Part shown: positions 52,185 to 61,134 of the stretch, piece after piece | Layout: each line of letters starts with the position of its first letter | Position numbering within the stretch: the stretch's first letter is position 1 | Origin: Obrimoposthia wandeli | Lineage: Eukaryota | Assembly: GCA_977020255.1 (NCBI GenBank) | Contig: CDROCS010000253.1 | Coordinates: forward strand, 2,418,001 to 2,482,000 | Length of the DNA stretch: 64,000 nt | Reading direction: 5' to 3' | Program-made: the position numbers and the translations under genes | Notes under the pieces: generated by a model | Told to the model about the DNA's origin: nothing | The model's database searches: none | Seen by the model: only the letters and a program-made list of their open reading frames with translations

Positions 52185-53846
52185 ATGAGTATTCACCCTT
52201 TTGCCGGTAAACCCGCTCGTCCAGAAGATAGAATTAATATAGGTCAGTTAGTCAGTGACTATTTTTTACAAACGCCAGATGTAAATTTAGCAGCAGAGCA
52301 AGTCAGCTTTGGTACGTCTGGTCACCGAGGTTGTGCTAATAAACGCAGCTTTAATGAACAGCACATTCTTGCTATATGTCAGGCTATCGCTGAATATAGG
52401 CAACAGAATGCTATTAATGGGCCACTCTTTTTAGGTAAAGATACCCACGCGTTATCTGAGCCAGCTTTTGCCAATGCAATTTCTGTACTGGTTGCTAATG
52501 GCGTTAATGTTGTTGTTCAAGATGACTCTTTATCAGGAAAGGGCTTTACCCCTACGCCTGTTATATCTCGCTTAATCATTAGCCATAATAAATCAGCTTC
52601 TGAAAAATTTGCTGATGGTATTGTTATCACGCCTTCACATAATCCACCGAGCGATGGCGGTATTAAATATAATCCTCCTCATGGCGGTCCAGCAGAAGGT
52701 GGCATTACCAAGCAAATAGAGCTGCGCGCTAATGAAATAATTACCGCGGGTTTAGCTGATGTTAAACAGCTACCTTACCAGCAAGCATTACAATCATCAT
52801 TGCTCACTAAAGAAGACTTTATTGGTCATTATGTCCAGCAGATCGATCAAGTCATTGATATGCAAGCAATAGCCAAAGCAGGTATCACTATTGGTGTTGA
52901 CCCTTTAGGCGGCTCAGGTATTGCCTATTGGCCTGTTATAGCTAAACAATATCAGTTGAATATTACTGTCGTTAATGAAGTGGTCGATGGCAGTTTTGCT
53001 TTTATGCCATTAGATAAAGATGGCAAAATTCGCATGGATTGCTCGTCAAAATATGCCATGGCAGGATTAATTGCCATGAAAGATGATTTTGATATCAGTG
53101 TCGGTAATGATCCTGATTTTGACCGACATGGTATTGTCACGCCAAGTGGTGGTTTGATGAACCCTAATCATTATCTCGCCGTAGCTATCCATTATTTAAT
53201 GACCCATAGAGATTGGCCAAAGCATTGTAAAATAGGTAAAACGTTAGTATCAAGTTCACTCATTGATCGCGTTGCCAAACAGCTTTCACTGCCGTTATCA
53301 GAAGTACCTGTTGGTTTTAAATGGTTTGTCGACGGTTTAGCTGATGCAAGTTATGCTTTTGGCGGTGAAGAAAGTGCCGGTGCATCTTTTCTTTCTCGTG
53401 ATGGAAGTACGTGGACCACAGATAAAGATGGCTTTATCTTAGCTTTATTAGCGGCTGAAATTCTTGCTGTTACTGGTAAAGATCCTTATCAATATTACCT
53501 TGAACTTACTAAAACCTTGGGTCAACCATGTTACGGTCGAGTTGAAGCTGTTGCTTCATTTGAACAGAAACGCGTGCTAACAGCGTTATCAAGTGATGAT
53601 GTTAAAGCAAAAAACCTTGCGGGTGATAAAATTCTTCAAGTGTTGTCACATGCACCAGGTAATAATGCTGCGATCGGTGGTATCAAAGTGGTAACAGATA
53701 ACGGCTGGTTTGCTGCTCGTCCTTCTGGCACGGAAGAGATTTATAAAATCTACGCAGAAAGTTTTATTGATGACAACCACCTTCAAATAATTATTAGTGA
53801 GGCACAAGCTATTGTCGGTGCTTCATTTAAAGCGGCAGGCTTGTAA
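52185..53846 (+). CDS. pgm: Phosphoglucomutase
   Basis: FGTSGHRG, ITPSHNPP, NDPDFDRHG, GEESAG, ARPSGTE. Confidence 0.98.
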   Translation: MSIHPFAGKPARPEDRINIGQLVSDYFLQTPDVNLAAEQVSFGTSGHRGCANKRSFNEQHILAICQAIAEYRQQNAINGPLFLGKDTHALSEPAFANAISVLVANGVNVVVQDDSLSGKGFTPTPVISRLIISHNKSASEKFADGIVITPSHNPPSDGGIKYNPPHGGPAEGGITKQIELRANEIITAGLADVKQLPYQQALQSSLLTKEDFIGHYVQQIDQVIDMQAIAKAGITIGVDPLGGSGIAYWPVIAKQYQLNITVVNEVVDGSFAFMPLDKDGKIRMDCSSKYAMAGLIAMKDDFDISVGNDPDFDRHGIVTPSGGLMNPNHYLAVAIHYLMTHRDWPKHCKIGKTLVSSSLIDRVAKQLSLPLSEVPVGFKWFVDGLADASYAFGGEESAGASFLSRDGSTWTTDKDGFILALLAAEILAVTGKDPYQYYLELTKTLGQPCYGRVEAVASFEQKRVLTALSSDDVKAKNLAGDKILQVLSHAPGNNAAIGGIKVVTDNGWFAARPSGTEEIYKIYAESFIDDNHLQIIISEAQAIVGASFKAAGL

Positions 53847-53856
53847 ACTACTGCTA

Positions 53857-53894
53857 TTAAAGAGTTATTACTAGTTCTAGTAATAACTCTTTAA
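53857..53894. repeat. Perfect 18-bp AT-rich inverted repeat after pgm
   Basis: TTAAAGAGTTATTACTAG-TT-CTAGTAATAACTCTTTAA. Confidence 0.9.
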
Positions 53895-54000
53895 CTCATT
53901 TTAAATCCCTTTATTTATTCATTTCAACACCACTGTAAAGAATGTTGCTCACTTTTTGTGACTTGCATGGCAACTCATTGTCTTTGTTTATTGAATGTCA

Positions 54001-54018
54001 GTTGACGTAAAGGTAAAG
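54001..54018 (+). promoter_or_regulatory. LiuR-like operator overlapping the -35 box of the bkd promoter
   Basis: GTTGACGTAAAGGTAAAG has one mismatch to the recalled LiuR palindrome TTKACGTWWACGTMAA. TTGACG serves as -35, with TAAGTT 17 nt downstream. Confidence 0.65.
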
Positions 54019-54165
54019 TTTGAATAAGTTATTACGACGTACCTATTCCTTACGTAAGTATAGGTATAAATTAGCTATACTAAAAAAAATAATTAACCCT
54101 AGCTATACATTTTCGCAGACTCTAACCGCAATATATTATGTGTTAGGGGACAAAGAGAGAACATT

Positions 54166-55347
54166 ATGAGCACAGAACTTTATAATGATGGACCAGTAGT
54201 GCATCAGCCTACTTTTATTGATGGAAGCAGTGTTGAAATTCCTGAGTTGAGAATTTTAGACCAAGACGGTACAACGTACCCCAATGCTGACTTACCTGAT
54301 ATAGATCAAGCGTTAGCGACTAAAATTTATCACACGCTTGCCTTTCATCGCGTATTGGATGAACGCATGGTGGCATCACAGCGCCAAGGCCGTTTGAGTT
54401 TTTATATGACCGCATTAGGTGAAGAAGCGACCAGTGTTGGTGGCGCTGCGGGTTTAGAGCCTCAAGATATGATCATGATGCAATATCGTGAACAAGGTGC
54501 CTTAATTTATCGTGGTTTTAATCTTGAAGATATAATGAATCAACTGTTTAGTAATGCTGGTGATTTAGGTAAAGGTCGTCAAATGCCTATACATTACGGC
54601 TCTAAAGCGCTGAACTGTATGACAGTATCTTCACCGCTTGCGACGCAAATTCCACAAGCGACAGGTTATGCTTACGGGCAAAAATTGCAAGGTCTTAATG
54701 CGGTAACTATTTGTTACTTTGGTGAAGGCGCCGCATCAGAAGGTGATTTTCATGCGGGCTTAAATATGGCCGCAGTACAAAAAGCCCCAGTGATCTTTTT
54801 CTGTCGAAATAATGGCTATGCGATTTCTACACCTGCCGATGAACAGTTTAAAGGTAATGGTATTGCTTCTCGTGGTGTCGGTTATGGCATTAAAACTATT
54901 CGTATTGACGGTAATGATATTCTCGCGGTACTTAAAGCCACGCAAATTGCACGTGCTTATGCGGTTAAAGAAAGTAAGCCGGTATTAATTGAAGCGATGT
55001 CGTATCGTCTTGGCGCGCATTCAACGTCTGACGATCCTTCCGGTTATCGTACCAAAGAAGAAGAAGCTAAGTGGCTGAGTCATGATCCTATTTTACGTAT
55101 GAAAAATTGGATGATAAAACAAAAATGGTGGGATGAAGCCCAAGAAACTGCACTATTTGAGAAGTATAGAGAAGAAATCTTAGCAGCAGTAAAAGTCGCT
55201 GAAAAAATAGATAAACCACATATAGATACCATGATAACCGATGTTTATGATGTGCCATCAGCGCAGTTACAAGCACAATTAGATGAAGTCAAAGCTCACG
55301 TCAATAAATACCCAGAAGCTTACCCATTTACCGCAGGGAAATTTTAA
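54166..55347 (+). CDS. bkdA1: Branched-chain 2-oxoacid dehydrogenase E1 alpha
   Basis: QRQGRLSFY, GRQMPIHYG, SSPLATQIPQATG, GEGAASEGDFH TPP motif, YRLGAHSTSDDP. Confidence 0.95.
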   Translation: MSTELYNDGPVVHQPTFIDGSSVEIPELRILDQDGTTYPNADLPDIDQALATKIYHTLAFHRVLDERMVASQRQGRLSFYMTALGEEATSVGGAAGLEPQDMIMMQYREQGALIYRGFNLEDIMNQLFSNAGDLGKGRQMPIHYGSKALNCMTVSSPLATQIPQATGYAYGQKLQGLNAVTICYFGEGAASEGDFHAGLNMAAVQKAPVIFFCRNNGYAISTPADEQFKGNGIASRGVGYGIKTIRIDGNDILAVLKATQIARAYAVKESKPVLIEAMSYRLGAHSTSDDPSGYRTKEEEAKWLSHDPILRMKNWMIKQKWWDEAQETALFEKYREEILAAVKVAEKIDKPHIDTMITDVYDVPSAQLQAQLDEVKAHVNKYPEAYPFTAGKF

Positions 55348-55349
55348 TC

Positions 55350-55436
55350 ATGGCGCAAATCTATATTGACCAAATGTATGGTATCAACACTGACTTCCAT
55401 GAAGCTTACCCAACTACAGCAGCAGGGAAATTTTAA
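55350..55436 (+). CDS. 28-aa mini-ORF 1 in the bkd operon ([28 protein letters not shown])
   Basis: ATG 2 nt after the bkdA1 stop, with the same AGGGA RBS context as bkdA2. Translation is not demonstrated. Confidence 0.55.
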   Translation: MAQIYIDQMYGINTDFHEAYPTTAAGKF

Positions 55437-55438
55437 TC

Positions 55439-55525
55439 ATGGCGCAAATCTATATTGACCAAATGTATGGTATCAACACTGACTTCAATGAAGCTTACCC
55501 AACTACAGCTGCAGGGAAATTTTAA
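55439..55525 (+). CDS. 28-aa mini-ORF 2 in the bkd operon ([28 protein letters not shown])
   Basis: Second repeat unit; its stop lies 2 nt before the bkdA2 ATG. Confidence 0.55.
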   Translation: MAQIYIDQMYGINTDFNEAYPTTAAGKF

Positions 55526-55527
55526 TC

Positions 55528-56505
55528 ATGGCGCAAAAAAACTTATTACACGCTATTAATAGTGCACTTGATATTGCTATGGCTGAAAATGAAAGTACGG
55601 TATGTTTTGGTGAAGATGTTGGTCATTTTGGTGGGGTATTTCGCGCCACCAGTGGCTTACAAGAAAAATATGGTAAAGCGCGTTGCTTTAATACCCCATT
55701 AGTCGAGCAGGGCATTATTGGCTTTGCTAATGGTCTAGCTGCCCAAGGCAGTGTTGCTATTGCTGAAATTCAATTTGCTGATTACATTTTCCCTGCTTTT
55801 GATCAAATCGTTAATGAAGCAGCTAAATTTCGTTACCGTAGCGGCAATGAATTCAACGTTGGTAAATTGACCATTCGTAGCCCATACGGTGGTGGTATTG
55901 CGGGGGGCTTGTACCATAGTCAATCACCAGAAGCTTACTTTGCCCATACTCCAGGCTTAAAAGTAGTTATTCCACGTAATCCATACCAAGCGAAAGGTTT
56001 ATTACTTGCTTCTATTCGTGATGATAACCCGGTGATATTTTTTGAACCAAAACGTTTATACCGAGCATCAGTTGGTGAAGTACCAGAAGAAGATTATCAA
56101 TTGCCTTTGGGTAAAGCTGAAGTAGTACAAACGGGCACTGATATCACTTTGCTTGCTTGGGGCGCACAAATGGAAATCATTGAAAAAGCAGCGCAAATGG
56201 CTAGCAATGATGGTATCTCTTGTGAAGTGGTAGATTTACGTACTATTTTACCTTGGGATATAGAAACTATTAGCAATTCTGTTATGAAAACAGGCCGTTT
56301 GCTCATTAGTCAAGAAGCACCATTAACTGCTGGATTTGCCAGTGAAATTGCTGCCACTATTCAAAGTGAATGCTTTTTACACTTAGAATCGCCTATTGCT
56401 CGTGTATGTGGTCTAGATACGCCATATCCATTAGCGTTAGAAAAAGAATATGTTAGTGATCACTTAAAAGTATATGAAGCAATCATAAAGAGCGTTAATT
56501 TTTAA
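55528..56505 (+). CDS. bkdA2: Branched-chain 2-oxoacid dehydrogenase E1 beta
   Basis: [49 protein letters not shown]. Confidence 0.95.
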   Translation: MAQKNLLHAINSALDIAMAENESTVCFGEDVGHFGGVFRATSGLQEKYGKARCFNTPLVEQGIIGFANGLAAQGSVAIAEIQFADYIFPAFDQIVNEAAKFRYRSGNEFNVGKLTIRSPYGGGIAGGLYHSQSPEAYFAHTPGLKVVIPRNPYQAKGLLLASIRDDNPVIFFEPKRLYRASVGEVPEEDYQLPLGKAEVVQTGTDITLLAWGAQMEIIEKAAQMASNDGISCEVVDLRTILPWDIETISNSVMKTGRLLISQEAPLTAGFASEIAATIQSECFLHLESPIARVCGLDTPYPLALEKEYVSDHLKVYEAIIKSVNF

Positions 56506-56534
56506 CGATAACCCTTATTAGCAGGACACAGAAC

Positions 56535-57809
56535 ATGAGTATTGATTTTATATTACCTGATATTGGTGAAGGTATCGTTGAGTGTGAACTCGTCGAATGG
56601 TTAGTTAAAGAAGGTGAAATAATTGTTGAAGATCAGCCGATTGCTGATGTGATGACAGATAAAGCCTTAGTACAAATTCCTGCAATGCATTCAGGCGTTG
56701 TGGAAAAGCTTTATTATAAGCAAGGTGAAATTGCCAAAGTGCATTCTCCTCTTTTTGCTATGACTCCAGAAGGTGATGACAGCACTAACGATATTGTTGA
56801 AGTTACCGCGGAGCCAGAAGTTAAACCACAAACTGATATGGTAAAGGAGGATGGTGCAAATAACGAAGTCGCTGCACCATCATCAGTAAAAGATGAGCCT
56901 GTTGTTAGCCAGACTAAAACAAGCAATGGTAAAGCATTAGCAAGCCCGGCTGTTAGGCGTGCAGCGCGTGAACTTGATATTAATATCCATCAAGTTGCAG
57001 GCAGTGGTAAAAAAGGCCGTGTCTATAAAGATGATGTGGTCGCTTATAGCCAAAATGACTCGAGTGTTGTAGCGACAGTTATTGCTGGCGGTACTGTTAT
57101 CGGTGGTACAAGCGTAGAGCCAATTCGCGGTATTAAGAAGATAATGGCCACGGCGATGCAAAATAGTGTTAGTACTATTCCGCATTTTACTTATTGTGAA
57201 GAAATCGACCTAACTGAGCTTATCGCTTTACGCGGCGAATTAAAAGAAGTCTATGCTAAGCAAGATATAAAATTAACTATGATGCCGTTCTTTATGAAAG
57301 CTATGTCATTAGCGATTAAAGAATATCCATTGGTTAATTCAAAAGTAAATGATGATTGCACAGAGCTTACTTACTTTAATGATCATAATATTGGTATGGC
57401 GGTTGATTCTAAAGTGGGCTTACTTGTACCGAATATTAAGCAGGTACAAACTAAATCAATATTAGATTTAGCTAACGACATTATGCGTTTAACCAATGAT
57501 GCTCGTAGCGGACGTGTTGCCAGTGAAGATCTAAAAGGTGGCACTATTACCATTTCTAATATTGGTGCGATCGGCGGCACTGTGGCAACCCCTATCATCA
57601 ATAAGCCAGAAGTTGCTATTGTTGCATTAGGCAAGTTACAAAAATTACCACGCTATAATGAGCAAGGTGACGTAGAAGCGCGCAGTATTATGCAAGTGAG
57701 TTGGTCTGGCGATCATAGAGTTATAGATGGCGGCACTATCGCGCGTTTTTGTAACCTATGGAAATCATTCCTAGAAAAACCAAGCCATATGTTAGTCCAT
57801 ATGAGTTAG
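56535..57809 (+). CDS. bkdB: Branched-chain 2-oxoacid dehydrogenase E2 (dihydrolipoyl transacylase)
   Basis: One lipoyl domain (VMTDKA), ASPAVRRAARE E3-binding domain, DHRVIDG active site. Confidence 0.95.
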   Translation: MSIDFILPDIGEGIVECELVEWLVKEGEIIVEDQPIADVMTDKALVQIPAMHSGVVEKLYYKQGEIAKVHSPLFAMTPEGDDSTNDIVEVTAEPEVKPQTDMVKEDGANNEVAAPSSVKDEPVVSQTKTSNGKALASPAVRRAARELDINIHQVAGSGKKGRVYKDDVVAYSQNDSSVVATVIAGGTVIGGTSVEPIRGIKKIMATAMQNSVSTIPHFTYCEEIDLTELIALRGELKEVYAKQDIKLTMMPFFMKAMSLAIKEYPLVNSKVNDDCTELTYFNDHNIGMAVDSKVGLLVPNIKQVQTKSILDLANDIMRLTNDARSGRVASEDLKGGTITISNIGAIGGTVATPIINKPEVAIVALGKLQKLPRYNEQGDVEARSIMQVSWSGDHRVIDGGTIARFCNLWKSFLEKPSHMLVHMS

Positions 57810-57864
57810 ATTTTTAAGTAGCATGGTTAAGTAACTTATTTTCGAGTAACTTATCTACAGCATT

Positions 57865-57914
57865 AAAAAAGCCCCGTTATCATTGGTTAATACCTGATGA
57901 TAACGGGGCTTTTT
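57865..57914. terminator. Bidirectional terminator between bkdB and the M2 peptidase
   Basis: AAAAAGCCCCGTTATCAT...ATGATAACGGGGCTTTTT. Confidence 0.9.
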
Positions 57915-57976
57915 GTTTAGAGGTAGCTAATTAAAATTAAGTTAACTGCCTCTATTGATTCATGTATTCTTAACCA

Positions 57977-59836
57977 CTAAAAACCACATTGTTTACCTTG
58001 GTTTTTGTTCTTCAACCAAACATGTAACGGTGCAAAGTAATCTAAAATAGCGGTTGCATCCATTTGCTCATTACCGGTAATGACTTTATACGCTTGCTGC
58101 CATGGCTGGCTTGAACCCATTTCTAGCATGGTATTAAGTGCAGTACCTGCTTCTTTTGAGTTATATATTGAACAACGATGAATTGGGTCAGTATTCCCTG
58201 AAATTTCACATAACGCACGATGGAATTCAAATTGCTGAATGTGTGCTAAGAAATAGCGGCTGTAAGGAACGCCAGCAGGTACGTGGTATTTAGCACCCGG
58301 GTCGAATGCATTAACATCACGGTCAATAGGCGCGGCTACACCTTGGTACTTCTCACGTAACTCCCACCATGACGTGTTGTAATTTTCAGGAGTAATCTCA
58401 CCAGAGTAAACTTTCCAACGCCATTGATCAACCATCAAACCAAAGGGAATGAAAGCGATTTTATCAAGGGCTTTTTTCATTAATAAGCCAATATCTTTTG
58501 ACTCATCCGGAATAGTATCAATTAGGCCTATTTCTTTTAAGTATTTAGGTGTAACTGACAATGCAATAGTATCGCCAATTGCTTCATGGAAACCGTCATT
58601 AGCACTGTTTTGGAAGTATACTGGTTGGTCTTTGTAAGCACGTTGATAGAAGTTATGCCCTAACTCATGGTGAATAACGTTAAATTCTTCACCTGTTTTT
58701 TGGATACACATTTTGATGCGAATATCATCTTTGGCATCAAGGTCCCATGCGCTGGCGTGACAAGTTACGTCTCTATCGGCAGGTTTAGTAAATAGTGAAC
58801 GACTATAAAAAGTCTCTGGTAAAGCATCAAAACCTAATGAAGTGAAGAACTTTTCAGCGCCTTTAACCATTTTTATTTCATCGTAGTTATGTGTAGCTAA
58901 TTGTTTAGTTACATCATAACCAGGATCGGCATCTTCTGGCGCAACTAAATCATAGATGTTACCCCAAGATTGAGCCCACATATTACCGAGTAAATGTGCA
59001 GGAATTGGCTTGTCTTGGGCAACTTTATCAGTACCGTAAGTTTCACCTAACTCTGTTCTTACATAACAATGTAAGTCATCGTATAAAGGCTTAACTTGTC
59101 CCCATAAACGATCAAGCTCTTTAGCAAAGTCATCAGCAGGCATGTCATAATTTGAACGCCACATTGCGCCTAAATCTTGATAACCTAGGCCTTTAGCACC
59201 TTCATTGGCAAGCTCAGCTTGACGGGTATAAAGTGGTTTCATTTCAGGGCTAATTTCACGCCAGCCAGACCACATTTCAAGTAGTTCATCATAATCACGA
59301 GAGGTCGCCATTTTAGCAGTCATATCGCCTAAGCTAAGTTTTTCACCTGCTTTAGTGGTATAGCTACCTTTACCGTAAAGACTACCAAGCTTAGCGCCAA
59401 TGGTTGCAAGTTCAGCTGATTTCTTTGGATCTTGTGGCGCTGGCATAACCAAACTTTGCTTTAATACATTTAATTGACGTCGTTGTGTTGGGTTAACGTC
59501 TACCTTATCAAAAGTCGCTGCTTGCATAGCGAATCTAACACCAGCATCAGTTGACTTCTGATCTGCTTCAGCGGCTAATGAAGCCGTATCCTCAGTAATG
59601 AAATTAGCGTAAATCCAAGCAGCACGTGAACCTTCTAAGTTTAACGTCACCAACTCTTTGGCAACGTTATCTAAGAATTGTTGGGCATCTGCTGCAGTTA
59701 ATGCTGCCTGTGTTGAAGTAGTGGTTACTTTTTCTGAAGAAGCTTGTTGGCTTGGCGCTTGATTGCACGCGGTTAACGAAGCGGCAATAACTAATGCAAG
59801 ACCGGTAAACTTAAATGTTTTGGTAATATTTTTCAT
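57977..59836 (-). CDS. Peptidyl-dipeptidase A / ACE-like M2 metallopeptidase lipoprotein
   Basis: HHELGH zinc motif, GFHEAIGD third ligand, AHLLGNMWAQSW, FDPGAKYHV; lipobox LTAC; start probably at MKNITK (59836). Confidence 0.93.
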   Translation of the reverse strand: MKNITKTFKFTGLALVIAASLTACNQAPSQQASSEKVTTTSTQAALTAADAQQFLDNVAKELVTLNLEGSRAAWIYANFITEDTASLAAEADQKSTDAGVRFAMQAATFDKVDVNPTQRRQLNVLKQSLVMPAPQDPKKSAELATIGAKLGSLYGKGSYTTKAGEKLSLGDMTAKMATSRDYDELLEMWSGWREISPEMKPLYTRQAELANEGAKGLGYQDLGAMWRSNYDMPADDFAKELDRLWGQVKPLYDDLHCYVRTELGETYGTDKVAQDKPIPAHLLGNMWAQSWGNIYDLVAPEDADPGYDVTKQLATHNYDEIKMVKGAEKFFTSLGFDALPETFYSRSLFTKPADRDVTCHASAWDLDAKDDIRIKMCIQKTGEEFNVIHHELGHNFYQRAYKDQPVYFQNSANDGFHEAIGDTIALSVTPKYLKEIGLIDTIPDESKDIGLLMKKALDKIAFIPFGLMVDQWRWKVYSGEITPENYNTSWWELREKYQGVAAPIDRDVNAFDPGAKYHVPAGVPYSRYFLAHIQQFEFHRALCEISGNTDPIHRCSIYNSKEAGTALNTMLEMGSSQPWQQAYKVITGNEQMDATAILDYFAPLHVWLKNKNQGKQCGF

Positions 59837-59955
59837 TTTTATAATCATTATTAAAAATAAATTGTTAGGTGAAGATAGTATATAAAATTGTTTGGTTGAT
59901 ACACAGTTTATAAGGAAAATAGTTACTTAGGATAATAATCACTCAAATTTAGAGC

Positions 59956-59984
59956 AAAAAAAAGCTCATTCAAAATGAATGAGC
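59956..59984 (-). terminator. Minus-strand terminator upstream of the M2 peptidase gene
   Basis: GCTCATTC-AAAAT-GAATGAGC stem with A8 on the left (T8 on the minus strand). Confidence 0.7.
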
Positions 59985-60167
59985 AAACTACAACATGAAA
60001 CTGGGGCGAGATGTAAAACAATAATAAACAAAAACAATGATATATAAGGGAGTTGATAGAAACAGAGAGTTATTAAAGTCACTGCTTGCTTGAAACTGAG
60101 CTAATAATAAATGCTCTACCTGTGTTTTACTGTATAGATAGCGTAACGATTTGTAATGGAGTTGATG

Positions 60168-60342
60168 CATACCCGTTACCAATCAAGATACATGTTGCTC
60201 AAGCGCTTCTTCGATGGGTTTAAAATGACTTTATACTGCGTTAAATAATCAAACCATAGAATGACTATTCTTAAATCAATACCTTACCTAAAGGCATTTC
60301 TAATTCCAGCTGAATCCTGCCTTTTGAAGTAACATGGGTATA
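60168..60342 (+). mobile_element. MITE family A copy 4 (175 bp, degenerate)
   Basis: Left end CATACCCGTTACCAATCAAG, right end GAAGTAACATGGGTATA; core CCTAAAGGCATTTCTAATTCCAGCTGAATCCTGC retained. Confidence 0.75.
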
Positions 60343-60411
60343 TAATACATTTTGAAAAAATCTGGTTGAGTCGTTGTTAAAAGCTTGACCTATTTACAAA
60401 GAATACGCTAT

Positions 60412-60429
60412 TTTAAACAGGCGTTTAAA
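60412..60429. promoter_or_regulatory. PsrA-like operator palindrome upstream of the TetR gene
   Basis: TTTAAAC-AGGC-GTTTAAA (7-4-7 palindrome) just downstream of TTGACC-N18-TATTTT; a second AAAC-N5-GTTT follows. Confidence 0.6.
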
Positions 60430-60486
60430 CTAGTCGTTTAGTTTATATTTTAAATAATTAAAACAGCAAGCAGTAGAAGTTGAAGT

Positions 60487-61134
60487 ATGAGTACCAAAAA
60501 TAAAATATTAGATGCCGCCGATGTACTTTTTGCCAATAAAGGCTTTAATGGTACATCCTTAAGAGAAATTACTAGTCAAGCGAATGTTAATTTAGCGGCA
60601 GTAAACTATCATTTTGGCTCTAAAAAAGAGTTGATTAAAGCGGTTATGTCACGCTATATGGATGAGTTATCTCCTCGATTGGAGTCCGCACTTTCACTCA
60701 TTTGCCAAGCGGAACTTAAACCCACCTTACATGAAGTGTTTTCTGCTTTTATAGGGCCACTATTACACCTTAATGAGTTTAAAGAAAACGGTACCAGTAC
60801 CTTTTTGCAATTATTAGGACGTGGCTATACCGACAGTCAGGGCTTTTTACGATGGTTTTTAACCACTCAATACCCTGATGTTTTTACTAATTTTACCAAA
60901 GCAGTTAACATTGCTTATCCGGAGTTAAGTCCCGAAGAAATTTTTTGGCGTTTACATTTTACTATGGGCACTATTGTTTTTACCATGTCATCAAGTGAGG
61001 CTTTGATTGATATTGCTCAAAACGATTTCGACAATAAACTAGATATAGCTGGCGTTATCGAGCGAGTTATTCCTTATGTTGCTGCGGGCGTTGGCGCGCC
61101 TATTACTAAAAATAAGCCGCTGTCTCTAGTTTGA
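60487..61134 (+). CDS. TetR/AcrR family regulator, PsrA-like
   Basis: GTSLREITSQANVNLAAVNYHFGSKKEL HTH; FLQLLGRGYT and WRLHFTMG segments resemble PsrA. Confidence 0.85.
   Translation: MSTKNKILDAADVLFANKGFNGTSLREITSQANVNLAAVNYHFGSKKELIKAVMSRYMDELSPRLESALSLICQAELKPTLHEVFSAFIGPLLHLNEFKENGTSTFLQLLGRGYTDSQGFLRWFLTTQYPDVFTNFTKAVNIAYPELSPEEIFWRLHFTMGTIVFTMSSSEALIDIAQNDFDNKLDIAGVIERVIPYVAAGVGAPITKNKPLSLV

Larger units (their letters stand above)
55333..55537 (+). repeat. 89-bp tandem repeat (two full units plus a 27-bp partial) at the bkdA1/bkdA2 junction
   Basis: GCAGGGAAATTTTAATCATGGCGCAAA starts at 55333, 55422 and 55511. The two full units differ at only 2 positions. Confidence 0.97.

Noticed and set aside
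55333-55537. CRISPR-like reading of the three 27-bp repeats
   Set aside because: The 62-bp 'spacers' are nearly identical to each other, the repeat is the bkdA1 stop/bkdA2 start junction, and there are no cas genes. It is a tandem duplication.
59829-59852. Fur-box-like CATTTTTATAATCATTATT at the peptidase start
   Set aside because: 14/19 match, but in very AT-rich DNA with only one good half; not distinguishable from chance without a PWM.
59988-60182. 64-aa minus-strand ORF
   Set aside because: It starts inside MITE copy 4, has no RBS and has low-complexity composition; the region is treated as a possible ncRNA instead.
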